Below, piece after piece: positions 24,270 to 37,087 of a stretch of 64,000 nucleotides of DNA. The DNA is from Neophaeotheca triangularis (Eukaryota). Location of the stretch: NCBI GenBank assembly GCA_054600435.1, contig BAAIJX010000013.1, positions 434,001 through 498,000 on the forward strand. Direction: 5' to 3'. The translations under genes and the position numbers were made by a program. The number at the start of each line of letters is the position of its first letter. Position 1 is the stretch's first letter. The notes beneath the pieces are model-generated. The model was not told the DNA's origin. It was given only the letters and a program-made list of their open reading frames with translations, and did no database searches.

Positions 24270-25679
24270 TCAACGAATTAGGCCTTCCCAGGAGATGTGG
24301 GCATCTGAACCATTCGATGTCAGTGCATTGTTCTGTTTGTCAGGGTGTCTTTGCTCTACCTCTTCTGACGTGTCAGCCTCAGCCTCAAACTCAGATTTCG
24401 CTTGGGAGTCGCCGTTCATAGGGGCGACATTGACAATTTCCGCTTCGGCCTTTGGCGCCTCGTCGCTTTTCTTCTCGGCCCCAACTTCTGGGTCGTTATC
24501 ATCCTCGTTACCCTCTTCCTCCTCGCCTTTCAATTTTCCTCCTTTCCTTTTCGGGATGACCTTCATGAAAGCCTCGCCCCAGTCTCTGCACTCCAACCAT
24601 TTGACCATGATCTCATGAACATGGTTGGTCGTCAACACTTTCCGGCTCTGCATCTCCAAATACTTTCCAATCGGGAGTCTGGCAGTCTTGACCCCCGCCT
24701 CCACGGCTCGCCTGTAACAGATACCCTTCTCACGATTCTTGTCAACCAACCCCCCTATGACGTAAGTGCTGTATGGCTTGAGTTCCTCCAACTCCTCGTC
24801 AGCCTCGGAAGTCAAATAGACGATCTCGCCTTGCTCTTTCAACTTTCGCCCTTCGTCCTCCTTCGCCGAGTCTGCAAGAGGCTCGAATGCACCCTTGAGC
24901 ATGCCGCCGCCGTCAATCTCACTCATCCATTCTTTCGCTTTCTCAGCCGTTTCGACAAAGTTACATTGGAGAAACCTCGTGCCACGCCACGACTTATGGA
25001 CGCCTGCCAGTAAGCCATCGTACCGCTCCTTTAGATGGCCACCAAAAGAGCTGATGGTGAGATGAGCTCTGAAATGGGCGTTTTTGTTGTCGGAATAGCA
25101 CCTTGTAACTTGGCTAGCAAGAGACACGCGCTCGTTGTCTGTCATCAAATTGTCGAAATCACAATCGATCACGAAGGTCACGGGAAGCTGAACAGGTCGA
25201 AGAGAGCGGTGTCTTTTGCCACCACGGTCTTGAGATTGTTGCGCTACTTGAGTGCCGGAGCTGGCTGCTTCTCGTTTTGCTTCCTTTTTGCGTTCGCGGC
25301 GGGCAGCCGTTTTCTCTTTACGAACGACTTTGCGCTCTTCACGGCCGGCTTCCCATTCAGCCTTTTTGCGGAGTTTCCTTTGCTGATTCTTGGAGAGTGG
25401 TTTCTCCGTTTCCGTCTGGCCAGCGGTGGGCGCTTGGGTACTTTGGGTCTCTGAAGGAGCTACAAGGGGAGTGACATCCTTGGCATTGATGTCGCTCTTT
25501 GTTTGCTCAAGCGATGCCGTGGACGAAGGCTTCGTAGCCTCCTCGCTTCTAGAATCTCCAGTAGGCACCTTGTGCGAGAGTTCTTCAACATTCACTTCGT
25601 CTTTCGCAGTGGATGAATCGAACTTTTCGCCATTACTCAGTCTCCTCTGCTTGGGGGGTCGCTCATCGTCGCTGGTCAT
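24270..25679 (-). CDS. TRM10: tRNA (guanine9-N1) methyltransferase
   Basis: PLSKNQQRKLRK, IDCDFDNLM, QVTRCYSDN, IVYLTSEA, YVIGGLVDKNREKG, ARLPIG, RKVLTTNHV, VIPKRK. Start taken at MTSDDE (25679). Confidence 0.93.
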   Translation of the reverse strand: MTSDDERPPKQRRLSNGEKFDSSTAKDEVNVEELSHKVPTGDSRSEEATKPSSTASLEQTKSDINAKDVTPLVAPSETQSTQAPTAGQTETEKPLSKNQQRKLRKKAEWEAGREERKVVRKEKTAARRERKKEAKREAASSGTQVAQQSQDRGGKRHRSLRPVQLPVTFVIDCDFDNLMTDNERVSLASQVTRCYSDNKNAHFRAHLTISSFGGHLKERYDGLLAGVHKSWRGTRFLQCNFVETAEKAKEWMSEIDGGGMLKGAFEPLADSAKEDEGRKLKEQGEIVYLTSEADEELEELKPYSTYVIGGLVDKNREKGICYRRAVEAGVKTARLPIGKYLEMQSRKVLTTNHVHEIMVKWLECRDWGEAFMKVIPKRKGGKLKGEEEEGNEDDNDPEVGAEKKSDEAPKAEAEIVNVAPMNGDSQAKSEFEAEADTSEEVEQRHPDKQNNALTSNGSDAHISWEGLIR

Positions 25680-26252
25680 ACTGCTGAACTGCTTCCTGTA
25701 GACAGAGCACTGTTTCACAATGACTCCAGGGTCGGACGTCAATGCTGCGAGAATTTGTCTAGGTAAACGACAATGACCTCGAGCCGCCTTTTGGGGGAAG
25801 GTGGGCTTGATGCACCGTAAGCGTACCGTGGGCGTTTCTATGAAGCGTACGGTTAGGAGTACAGTGTCTCGTCGGTAATTTGGCAAGCTATGTCGCATCA
25901 AAACTACTGCGTATGCAAGAGGCGGTAGCGAAGTATACAGTAAGTACGGTATATATGGGAGGTACTTTTGAAGTACGCCAAGACTGATTTGCGGTACGCC
26001 TTTACGCTCGGCAAGTCTGCCGAGCCTGCCAAAACCGCGCCAGGTAGAGCCGCCAGGCTACGCGTAACTTAACTATATACTACAATAAGTACTAAGAAAC
26101 CCCCCTCCGATAGGGACATACCATCCTAGGCATCTACTTAGGATAGGACAGAGGTAGGTAGTACTTTAAGGGGTACCTTGGTACTCTTAATGGCAGACCT
26201 TTATAGGTTGCTTATCGCACTGCTAATCAGCTAACTTGTCATTTATAATTAT

Positions 26253-26265
26253 CTACTACTACTAT

Positions 26266-26309
<44 letters not shown>
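26253..26309. repeat. (CTA)n microsatellite
   Basis: Long ctactacta run with one interruption. Confidence 0.9.
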
Positions 26310-26654
26310 GTTACTCTATTCCCTAAGCCCCGCTCGTACTACCTACCTAGCTCCGATGACCTTGATCTTATACACCCTTCTAACTTCTTCGACCTCACAT
26401 GTACATAACTAACCTTAAGTCAAGCTGAATCAAAGGCGGCCGGGGAGACAACCCCACCTTCGCGACGTCACGAACCTTGGAAGCGGGCATGGATGGATAT
26501 GGAAACGCCCGCCCGCGGCTCTCCCCAGGCGGGGCAGCCATCATACAAGTCAACTTCACAAAGACCTAAACTCGACGTCGTCTCTGCAACCATACATGTC
26601 TGAGGAAACACCTACACACATCTTCAGTTCCCAACGACATCCACCTCCAGGACC

Positions 26655-27498
26655 ATGCCTAAGAAGATAGTAATAGCATTCGATGCATACGGCACGCTCC
26701 TCTCAACCGAGAGCATCGCCAAACAACTAGCTTCCCACTTCGGCGAAGACAAATCAAAAGCCATAGCAGCAACATGGCGTAAACACCAACTAGAATACAC
26801 CTGGCGCCTAAACAGCATGGGTACGACCACAACTCCCCCCCACCCAACCACACCACACCCAAAACCCCAACTAACCCAAACCCCCAGACACCTACGAAGA
26901 CTTCTCGGCCCTAACCCGACGCTCCCTCCAAAACGCCCTAGCCGAATCCTCCGTCTCCCTCTCCGACACCGACCTCGAAAACCTAATGACCTCGTACAAC
27001 TCCCTCTCAACCTTCCCCGACGTCGCCAAATGCCTGCAATCGCTCCAAACCACTCCAGACATCGACGCCGTCGTCTTCTCCAACGGCACGCACGCCATGG
27101 TCTCGGCCTCGGTCCAAAACTCCCCAGACCTCGCCCCCTACGCCTCGCACTTCAGCCAGATCGTCACGGTCGAGGGCCCGCGCAAGTTCAAGCCCGCGCC
27201 GGAAACTTATACACACTTGGCCGAGAGCGTGGGCAAGGATTCCACTGACCCTGACGCGATGCGGGATTTGTGGCTCGTGAGTGGGAATGCTTTTGATATT
27301 GTCGGGGCGCGGAAAATGGGGATGAATGCGGTTTGGGTCGATCGCGCCGGGATCGGGTGGCAGGATAGGCTGGTTGAGGGGAGTAAGGGGAGGCCCACGG
27401 TGATTGTTAGGGGTTTGGAGGATGTGGTTGCCCAGGTTATGAGCGGGCAGCCGGATACTTTGACCGAGCAGTGGAGGGAGATGCATGGGGATAGGTAG
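26655..27498 (+). CDS. Haloacid dehalogenase type II (HAD superfamily)
   Basis: FDAYGTL motif I, WRKHQLEYTW, FSNG, FKPAPETY, LVSGNAFDIVGA; intron 26821-26887. Confidence 0.9.
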
Positions 27499-28004
27499 TT
27501 GTGGAATGGGGATAAGGATGCGTAGGGTGAGAAAAGGGGCCGGGTGTGTTGTGATGGATTTCAGGGGCAAGGATTTGACGCTTGTGAAGATGTCTCGACG
27601 TACTGGATTGCGAATGAGTGTAAATTCATTAACTGGATGGCGGAGTAGTTTCTATTGACGCCAGGAACATGCAGCTTCTGCCTATCTCTGCCCCACGACT
27701 GCGGTAAGTTTGGGCGTATGTGGATTTTCTGACAACTTCGGCGCGCTCGGCTTGAGAAGTTATCTTGACTTCCGACAATTGCACCAGGCTCAAGTTGTAA
27801 CTCTACGCCACCCATCAGCTCTAATTCGTGACGGTTGGTACGGGCACGGCATCTTTGCGGCCTACACATCCTTTTCATAGCTTAGATACGGCTCCGTACT
27901 GAATATACAGTCTTTCCGTTGCCACCACTTAAACTGAATCACGCCTACCATGGCGCACAAGTAGCATAGTTTCCACTCATCCACCTCCATCCCTCTCCGA
28001 CTCT

Positions 28005-29803
28005 CTACCGCCTAGGCATCCCCCTCCCCCTTCCCCTAACAGCTCTCTGCGCCGCGCCGGGCGGCAACCCCCTCTGTGGCTGCTGCGGCTGCTGGCTCTC
28101 CTGATTCCTGATCGTCTCATCGACGGACAAGATCAAACAACTCGCCTCGACAGCCGCCTGAATAGCATTGACCTTGACAAGACTCGGCTCCCAAACAAAA
28201 GCCTTCAAGTTGTCGCGGATGCCCTCCTCATCGAAATCCACACCGGCCCAGATGTTGCCCTTGCGGTGCTCGACGCGCAGCCGGTTGAGAATGTCAGTCG
28301 CGTCAAAACCGGCATTGTCGCACAGTTGGCGCGGAATCACTTCGAGCGCTTTGGCGAAGGCTTTGATGATGGATTGCTGCTTGTGGGGAACGTTCTTGTC
28401 GGCAAACTGGTGCAAGTAGGCCGAGACTTCCATTTCGCAGGCGCCGCCGCCGGCTACAATGGACGTGTTCTTGATGGCGCGTTTCACGATCATGATGGCG
28501 TCGTGCAAGCTGCGCTCAACCTCGGCGATGAATTGCTCGGCGCCACCGCGGAGCAGGAGCGTGCAAGTGCGGGCTTTGGGACAGCCGGAGAAGAAGTTGA
28601 AGCGCTCGGAGCCGATTTGGCGCTCCTCGAACGTTTCGCAGGTTCCGAGGTGGCGTGCCTGGATGTCGGAGCAAGTGGATTGAATCGAGGCGCCCGTGGC
28701 TTGGCAGACGCGCTCGAGATCTTCGGAGGAGACGCGGCCGGCGCAGAAGATGTCGCGGTCGGCAAAGTATTGGGTTGCCAGATCGCCAATGGGGAGTTTG
28801 GAGAGGACGACCTTGGCACCTGTAGCGTAGAGTGCTTCCATCTTGTCGAAGATGATGCGCCATTCTGCATCGACGATGGCCTGGTATTCTGACACCTGCT
28901 CGACGCGGACTTCGGCGTTGTCCTTTTCGGACTTGAGCTCGAGTTCGACGTTGAGGCAGACAATGTTGGGGTTCGAGAAGTATTTCGGTTGCTGTTCGAA
29001 TCCGGCGTAACTGAAGGTCTTCTTGAAGGCAACGCCATTGATGAAAAGGCTTTCTTCCAGGGCACCACCAGTAACCTTCTTAACACCAATGAGCTTTTCG
29101 TTCAGGTCGTCCTGATCCAAGGATAGCACGGCGTCAACAACCACTGGTTCGAAGTATTAGTTTTCGGCTCTGTCAAATCGCCATACTTCCCCACCCATAC
29201 ATACTTTTTGTGAAGAAATCGGCATTCCTGTGAATAAGCTTGGAGCTCATCGCCGTGCCCGCCAGCTTCCTCAATGTCTCCCTCTGGTTGCCCTCGCTAG
29301 TGTTGACCGCAATCTCCTTGACCTTGTTGACAGCCATGGCACTCGCTCTCCGCAGACCCTTGATGATAGTCTGACTGCTAACGCCCTGATCCACATGCTC
29401 CTTGATCTCCTTCAAAACCTCTCCCGCCAGAACAACGACTGAAGTCGTACCGTCGCCCACTTCTGCATCTTGCGAGCGCGCAATATCTGTGAGAATGCGA
29501 GCGGCCGGGTGTACAATGTCGAGCAGTTTCATCACCGTTGCGCCATCGTTGGTGATTGTTTGCCTGCCGTTCTCGTCGACGAGCAGGAGGTCACCGCCGT
29601 AGGGGCCGAGTGTGCTTTTCACAGTGCCTTGGACCGCTAAGCAGGCGTTGATGTTGGATATGATCTGGCCTTTTCCTTGGGACTGGTCGGTGCCTGGGGA
29701 GAAGAGTTAGAATGGAAGGCTTGAGTGATAGTGTTGGCAGTGTGTTTCAAGGCTCACCCTCTTTTAGGACGACGATGGTCGGGGTTTGCCCGCCAAAAGA
29801 CAT
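28005..29803 (-). CDS. CCT7: Chaperonin CCT/TRiC subunit eta
   Basis: [68 protein letters not shown]; introns 29694-29757 and 29144-29204. Confidence 0.96.
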
Positions 29804-30130
29804 GTTTGCGGTATGTACGGAGTCGTCAGAAGGTGCTTAAGATTGACAGAGGATTAATGAGCGAAGAAGAGGTGATGGTGAGAGAGTAGACTTTGGTATA
29901 TTGTTTCCTTCAATACACCTTCCCTAAGCAGCTCCAACTTTTCTCGAAGCGCGTTTGCGGTCGCGTCGGCAAAGCTTCCTCTCTTCTCATTCCCCGCGTT
30001 TGGGGCAGCCTCACCTAATGACTTCATGTCCTTAATCAATATTTCATTAAGGCTGCTTATAATTTACTTGACTCCCTCGAGACGGTACTCTCTCTGTATA
30101 TCTTGTGCTTCAACTCCGTCGTAGGTCAGA

Positions 30131-31876
30131 ATGGGAGCCAGTCAGTCCAGCTCCTATGAAGGAGCAGGCGGCTCCGTACCCCAGGCCGAAGTAAAGACAA
30201 GCTACTACGACCTGTTAAGCGTCTCGAGGCAAGCGACCGACGACGAGATCAAAAAGGCGTACCGACGCAAAGCCCTCGAATTGCACCCGGACCGCAATTT
30301 TGGCAACGAGCAAGAAGCGACCAAGACTTTTGCAGAAGTGCAAGCTGCCTACGAAATTCTCTCAGACCCCCAAGAGCGTGCTTGGTACGATAGTCACGAG
30401 AGTGCGATCTTGAGGGGGGACGATGGGGGTGTGGGTGATGAGGCACCGAGTTTTGGCAATGTCAAAGTTACGACTGCGGATGATTTGGCGCGCATGGTTA
30501 GGAAGTTCAACAGCAGTATTGAGTTTAGCGATGCGCCGAGTGGGTTTTATGGGTTCTTGAGGGGGACGTTTGAGCAGTTGGCGAAAGAGGAGGAAGTCGC
30601 GGCTGTATGGGAGGGTACTCAAGCACCGGATTATCCAACTTTCGGCCACCGGGACGATACGCATGAGGATGTTGTTAAGCAATTTTACTCGGCTTGGGGA
30701 AGTTTTGCGACGGTCAAGGGGTTTGGTTGGAAGGACAAGTATCGCCTGTCTGATGCGCCGGATCGGAGGGTTAGGAGACTGATGGAGAAGGAGAATGAGA
30801 CCGCGAGGAGGGAGGGGATCAGGGAGTTCAATGAGGCTGTGCGGAGCTTGGTGGCTTTTGTGAGGAAGAGGGATCCTAGGGTTGTGGTGAATTCACAGAC
30901 GGAAGCAGAGAGGCAGAAGACATTGAGGGATGCAGCGGCGGCGCAGGCCGCGAGGGCAAGGAAGGCAAACCAGGCAAATGTTGAGCCGCAGGTTGCTGAG
31001 TGGACGAAGATTAGAGATCCGGAGGAAGAGGAGGAGAACCCTTTCGAGGAGGAAGAACAGCAGGAGGAAGAAGTATTTGAATGTGTGGCCTGTAGTAAGG
31101 TGTTTAAGAGTGAGAGGCAATGGGAGGCGCATGAGAAGAGCAAAAAGCATCAGAAGGCTGTCTTTGCGCTAAGGAAGAAAATGCAGAAAGAAAACGCAAA
31201 TTTCGATCTTGATGGTGAAGGGGTCAGCAGTGGTGTTAATACTCCAGCCCCTGAGGAAGATGAGCCAGTTCCAGACGATACGACAGACATGGACAAGGAT
31301 GGAGACCCAGCGCCTTCTGAAGATCTAGAGGAGGGCTCAGATGTAGACTTCGACGACCTCGCCGATGAGAACGGCGAGCGTAATGGCACCACCCACAAGT
31401 CTCAGCAGAATAGCGGCTCCAACGGGGCTAGCGAAAAGAAATCAGCGCTCGAGGCAGCCTCACCTCCCACATCGGCATCAGAAGAGTCGGCAGAAGACAG
31501 CGAAGATTCTGACTATGCCTCTCCAGAAACAATCTCCGCTCGTCTCACCGCTACAACGCTCTCCACGGCCCCATCAACAGCCACAGATCCAGCTGAAGAT
31601 TCCATTCCCAGCACTCCTCTCACAGAGACCGCTTCACAACCCAAACTCGGCAAGGCGGCGCAGAAACGGGCGAAGAAAGCTGCTCAAGCGGCTGCTGAGG
31701 GCGAAAAGGAGAAGCAGCATGCATGCGCGACGTGTGAGGCCAAGTTTGAGAGTGGCACGCAGTTACATCAGCATATCAAGGTGAATGGACATGCGGCGCC
31801 GAAGGTTTTGTACCCGGGGAGTGGGAAGAGTAAGATTGGAGCGGGGGCGAAGAAGAAGGGGAAGGCGAAGAAGTAG
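30131..31876 (+). CDS. JJJ1: J-domain protein with C2H2 zinc fingers (Jjj1/DNAJC21)
   Basis: HPD J-domain, [31 protein letters not shown] and a second CxxC..H..H finger. Confidence 0.92.
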   Translation: MGASQSSSYEGAGGSVPQAEVKTSYYDLLSVSRQATDDEIKKAYRRKALELHPDRNFGNEQEATKTFAEVQAAYEILSDPQERAWYDSHESAILRGDDGGVGDEAPSFGNVKVTTADDLARMVRKFNSSIEFSDAPSGFYGFLRGTFEQLAKEEEVAAVWEGTQAPDYPTFGHRDDTHEDVVKQFYSAWGSFATVKGFGWKDKYRLSDAPDRRVRRLMEKENETARREGIREFNEAVRSLVAFVRKRDPRVVVNSQTEAERQKTLRDAAAAQAARARKANQANVEPQVAEWTKIRDPEEEEENPFEEEEQQEEEVFECVACSKVFKSERQWEAHEKSKKHQKAVFALRKKMQKENANFDLDGEGVSSGVNTPAPEEDEPVPDDTTDMDKDGDPAPSEDLEEGSDVDFDDLADENGERNGTTHKSQQNSGSNGASEKKSALEAASPPTSASEESAEDSEDSDYASPETISARLTATTLSTAPSTATDPAEDSIPSTPLTETASQPKLGKAAQKRAKKAAQAAAEGEKEKQHACATCEAKFESGTQLHQHIKVNGHAAPKVLYPGSGKSKIGAGAKKKGKAKK

Positions 31877-32183
31877 TTGTTGGAGCAGCGTGATATGCAT
31901 ATGCATGGCGTGGCGTTTTGCGTGGTAGGGCGATACCCAATGATTCTGATAAAAAAGCATAACGGTTAGATGTCGAGTACAGTATAGAACGAACACCTTG
32001 AGACTGTTTTCACCTGAGTACCTCAATAGAACCTTTGTTTCTCAGTAGCATGATACACGCAGAATCGCATCTGCATACTCTAGCAAGCAACAGCCAGTCC
32101 CAAAAACCACTTGATGCCTTTTTCTGATACGCCACAAAACGCCGACCATAGCACCTAGTCATCGTCTCACCGCAACCACGCAT

Positions 32184-32902
32184 CTAGTATCTCCCCCTCG
32201 GCGCACCCCTGCCACGGAAGCCACCGCCGCCACCCCTCGGCGCACCACGTCCAAAACCACTTCCACCCCTGGGAGCGCCCCTCCCACCTCCAAACCCACC
32301 CCTACCCCTCGGCGCACCCCTGCCACCGCCCCTACCGCCACCACCCCTCATAGGCCCACCACGCCCGCCAGCCCTCTTAACCTTAGGCGCACCAGGAGCG
32401 GGCTTGGGCTTGGGCAAAAACCTCTCGAGCGGCAAAAGCTTATCCCCGCCAATATAAAATTTGTCACCCTGCTTGAAGCTCGTCGCCTGGATACCCTCTT
32501 GCGGTTTGATAGTGAAGAAGACCTGGTTCAGCGGGCCGAGGATCTCGTCGACTTTGCCGATACTCGTCTTGTTCTCGAGGTAGATGGGCGCGTTGAAGTA
32601 GGGGATTTTCGGGTTGATGCTGCTGCAGACCAGCTCGCCTTCGGTCGCGTGGAGGAAAGTGCCCATTTCTGCGCTTGCGTCTTTAGCTCGACTACTTCTT
32701 CTTCATCTTCTTCTCGTCGTGTAGAGTCTTCGCTTAAACACCTCAACTTACCGTGCACAGTATCCGGAGGCCCGTACGACGTCTGGAAGCCACCGCGTCC
32801 TCCTCCTCGACCGCCAAAACCTCCACCACGTCCGCCTCTGTCGCCGCCTCGGAAACCTCCGCGTCCGCGATCGCCGCCGCGCCCGCCGCCTCGGAAAGAC
32901 AT
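32184..32902 (-). CDS. GAR1: H/ACA snoRNP subunit Gar1
   Basis: RGG boxes at both ends; [43 protein letters not shown]; intron 32669-32751. Confidence 0.96.
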
Positions 32903-33522
32903 TATGGTGGGAGCTGGGTTGGGGTTTTTTCAAGGGTGTTGTTGGGTTGTTGCGGCGGTGGAATGTGTAATTTGCGATTTTGCTTGCTGCTGGCGCAAAC
33001 TTCACGGGCCCTGTAGGATGAAATTCGCGAAGCTCAGAGCTTTGAAATCTTCGGGCCGAGCCGTGGCTTTATCCGTGCTTCACCAATGCCCGGCCGCTCC
33101 ATCGCCGTCGTCCACCAGGTTTGGTGGTCGATCAACAACATCCATGGATGCTATCCAAAGTACTCGGAAACAAAAGTAAATTGGCAGAATACATCACCGG
33201 GACACCACAACTCCCGAGAATTGTAGGCCATAACCGCAACAGACAACAAGCTCTCCTAGCCCTCCTCCTACTCCGCTACCTCTACCATCTAACACTCCAC
33301 TCACTGCGCTACCTTCGTATGGTAGAAGTTTTACAACGAAGTGGCAAGAGGCCGTGGAACATTGGCGCAAGTATCGGCTGTGCTTTATCGCGCATGTCGC
33401 GTTTCTAGTGTAGAATCATTTCTCATTCCATCGTCCACTACCCACCCCATTCCCATCTACCCTTCTTCCCAACCAACGCCTCCCCTCTAACCCCCTCCTC
33501 ACCCTCCTCGATTCGCAACTCC

Positions 33523-36289
33523 CTAACCCCCCCTCTCCCCAAACTCCCGACTCCAGTCTTCAAACTCCTTCAGCCCAGCCTTACTGACACTAGGCCGAAT
33601 ATTCACCAACGACTGACGGAAATCCTCAAAACAAATCGGACGAATCTCATCGGGTGACATATGCAGCAACTGCTCGCCCAGACTGCGCAGCGGGCCCATT
33701 GCGGCATCTTTGGCTAGAGCTGTGATGTCGGAACCGGAGAAACCTGTGCCAGACAAGTCAGCAAAACAGCCAAAGTTAGGGGATACAAGCGTGAGTGAAT
33801 GGGGGAACGCACCATCGGTCAGCCGCACAAGCTCCTCGAGCTCCTCCTCACTCATAGCATGTTTCTGCGCCGCCAGCAGCGTCTGCAACTGCTGCTTGCG
33901 CACAAAGTCCTCGGGCAGCGGGATATACTGCCTGCGGACAAAACGCCTCCGAGCGGCCTCATCAATTGCCCAAGGCAAGTTCGTAGCCGCCAGAACCAAA
34001 ACTCTCGTAGCATCGCCCTTCTCCTTCTCCTTGTCTTCACGGCCCGCAGCCGCTTTTTGTAAATCGCTCCACTGGATGAGAAACTCGGTTTTGATTCTGC
34101 GCGTGGCTTCGTGCTCGCTGGAGCCGCCGCGGGAGCCGAGCAAAGAGTCGATTTCGTCTACGAAGATGATGGAAGGTGCAAGAGCTTTGGCGATGGCAAA
34201 GAGTGCTCGTACCAGCTTTTCGGACTCGCCGAGGTATTTGCTAGTCAGACTGCTGGCGCTGATGGCGAAAAAGACGGATTTGCTCTCGGTCGCGACGGCG
34301 CGCGCGAGCATCGTTTTGCCGGTTCCGGGGGGGCCGAAGAGGAGCATGCCCCGCGCGGGCTCGCGAAGCCCCATGAAGAGATCTGGGCGGAGGAAGGGGT
34401 AGACGACGGTTTCTTTGAGAGCGGATTTGGCAATTTCTAGCCCCGCCACGTCATCCCAGTGGACTTGGTCGCCTTTGATGACGATCTCGTTGAAGATCTG
34501 TTTGGCTGCGCTTGCGTCTACGCCCTTGGGGAGATTGTTGAGGATCTTTTTGGCACGAGCGTCGAATTCCTCCTCTTCTGTTGGAGTCTGCTGGCTTGAG
34601 CCGTCTGGGTTTTCGTTGTCATCGGGAGAGTCGTCCGTCGAGGGCGGTGTGTCTTTGCGTCCTGAAGCTGCGGTATTTACCGGTTGCGGTTTGCGTTTGG
34701 CAGTGCGCCGGGGTACGGGCTCCGGGCTGCTGCTGCTGCCCCACGGGTGGTCGGCCATGTTTAGCTCACCAACTCTATCAGTGAGGTCGTTGTGGACGGA
34801 ATCCAGCTTTTGCCGTTCGAGTGTGGCACTGACGACACCGGCGGCTCGGCCGTTGACAGCTTTGCGTGGAATCGAGGGTGCTGGGTTTGCTGGTATAGTC
34901 TTTGGCGGAGCCGTGGGTCTGGCAGCCCGATCAAGAGGTAAAGCAGGACGTGGTTTTTTGTATGGTACCTTGGGGGGAATCGATTTTGGTTTAGGCGGGT
35001 GGTTAGGGTATTCCTTCATGTAGTTCAGTGATGTCTGGCCCATCGAAGGAGTCGCAGATCCCGATGCTTCCCTAGCCGCACCCATGCTGTAGGGATTTGG
35101 TGAAGAGATAGGAGAGCTGTGAGATGGTACTGGCGGTGGCCGGGCCGTCTCGAAAGATTCGGCGCTCCGGGTGTGAGAAGGCTGTGCTGCCCTCGATGGG
35201 TAAGGCGGGTGGTGGATGTGATTCGACTGCCCATTGTAGCCTTGATGCCCCTGATAGAGATGCCCTCTGTTGTAGTCGGAAGGGCTTGGCGGCCTTACTG
35301 CGGCATTATGTGATGACCTTCTCTCTGGAGGCGAGCTGGGTGGTTCAACAAGCGTCCTAGTATATGGGTCCCATGTTGTTGCGTTTGGATTGACTGGTGC
35401 TCTGTATGTGCCGCTAATCTGCTCAGCGCTGCCAATGCTATGCCTTTGCTGCGCTTGATCGCCCCAGACTTGCGTGGCTGCTCTCGCTGCTGAAGAGACG
35501 GCATTGTTGCGATTGTTGGTCGCCCTGGCTGCGGAAGATGCGCGTTCCTTAGTGTTATTCCGCAAAGTCCTCAACATACCACCTCCACCTTTTTTCTCCG
35601 GACTAGGGGTGCGCGAACCTCCCCGTGGTTGCTCGCTAGAAGATGGGTGTAAGGCATTGGTTGAGGTCGATGTCGAAGCCGTCGAAGTAGCACCAGCATG
35701 CTCGCTCTTCGATCTCGGTGCGTTCCTATCTGAGCTGGCTTTACGTGGATTTCCGGGCCTGGTGAGCTTAGCGGGCCTCGCTGGCTGTGGTGGCGGGTTC
35801 GGTTTGGGAAGGTCTGCGTAGGTCGCCTGCGGTACTGTGTTTCCACCCAACCAACTCCCACTACGCGCTGCACTAGCTTGCGGCGGCCTGCCTCTAGCAT
35901 CGCTCAAGCTTTCCTTGCTCGAAGCCTTGGCCTCTTCCTCGGCCTCCTTCCTACTCTTCCTCAAGGCTTCCAGCAGGTCGACGCGCTCCTTGCACTGCAG
36001 CTCCATGCTTCTGAGCGAATCGTGCAGCGCCTTTTCCGTCTCGCTTCGGGGGGTGTACGAGGAGGGCATCTTATAAGCATTGTGGTAGTAGATCTGATCC
36101 AAGGCACCGCGCCATGCGCGAAGGGCTTCTGCTTCATTGTTCTGTATGATGTGGCTGCTGGTTAGATGGGACAAGCATGAGTTTAGGTGGAGCACATACC
36201 TGGCCCTCGAAGTAGATGGCAGTGGAGCAAGTCAGGTAGCATTCATCGTACGTCTTTTGCATTGAAGACGCCGGCGTCTTGCGCATCAT
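33523..36289 (-). CDS. Spastin/fidgetin-like AAA ATPase (Sap1/Yta6 family)
   Basis: Exon 1 MMRKTPASSMQKTYDECYLTCSTAIYFEGQ, intron 36142-36199; Walker A GPPGTGKT, Walker B IIFVDEID, ATNLPW..DEAARRRF; intron 33744-33812 restores TDGFSGSD. Confidence 0.93.
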
Positions 36290-36489
36290 CGTGACTGCTT
36301 GGCATGCGGCGGTGGAGGAAGAAAGAGAGTGGTGTCTAGGCAGGAAACGAGTGATGTGGGTGGTGGTAGTGGCGGCGCCAATAACCTTTGGAAGGCAGTG
36401 ACTGTAGGGGATGTAGAGTGTGTCGTAGCGTCGGGATATCCGGGGTATGATATGTTAAGTTATGGTAGTGGTAACAGCAGTATGTGGTG

Positions 36490-36523
36490 GGTGGTGGTGG
36501 TGGTGGTGGTGGTGGTGGTGGTG
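36490..36523. repeat. (GGT)n microsatellite
   Basis: Perfect ggt run upstream of the AAA ATPase start. Confidence 0.9.
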
Positions 36524-36696
36524 TAACAGGTGCCAGTGCGGCTCGTTGCGATGGAGAGCGGGCTGGTGGACGTGGGATGGCGGGTCGAACCTTGAAGGCG
36601 GCCTGAGCCAGTGATGGAAGTTGACCAAGTGAATCAAATGTATGAAAGTGAGTAGGACTTTCACTACGGAGGTACTGTCAAACCCTGTTCCAACTG

Positions 36697-36779
36697 GACC
36701 TGACCTGACCTGACCTGACCTGACCGGAGCGGACCTGACCTGACTCTCACTCTGCATGACGTCCTGTCCTGTCCTGTCC
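36697..36779. repeat. (GACCT)n and (GTCCT)n pentanucleotide repeats
   Basis: gacctgacctgacct.. at 36697-36744 and gtcctgtcct.. at 36760-36779. Confidence 0.85.
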
Positions 36780-37087
36780 GAGACGGAGGGGCAGGCCAGG
36801 GCAGAAAAACAAACTAACCACCACCTGCACCCAGCCCAGCCCTGCAGTCGATCCCGAGTTTACCCCGTTGTATACCAACTAAATATGCCCTCCCTGTACA
36901 TGCATACCTTATCTACATAACTTAAGGTAGTGAGTGGTACATGCTCATCACTATTACTACCTCCTACTCTACATATCAAACCCTCATGTGACCAACTCCT
37001 TCTACAAGGTACTTGATTCAAACTTCTCCGGCCCTTTACCACCAAACCTGGTCTTTGCAATCGCCAAATTCTTGTCTTGCCCAGGCA

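Noticed and set aside
25680..25901. N-terminal extension of TRM10 in the ORF track
   Set aside because: The track start is a TTG and the extension is not protein-like; an in-frame ATG follows it, so it is not excluded, but ATG 25679 fits better.
36455..36757. Poly-His and poly-Val ORFs
   Set aside because: Translations of the (GGT)n and (GACCT)n microsatellites.
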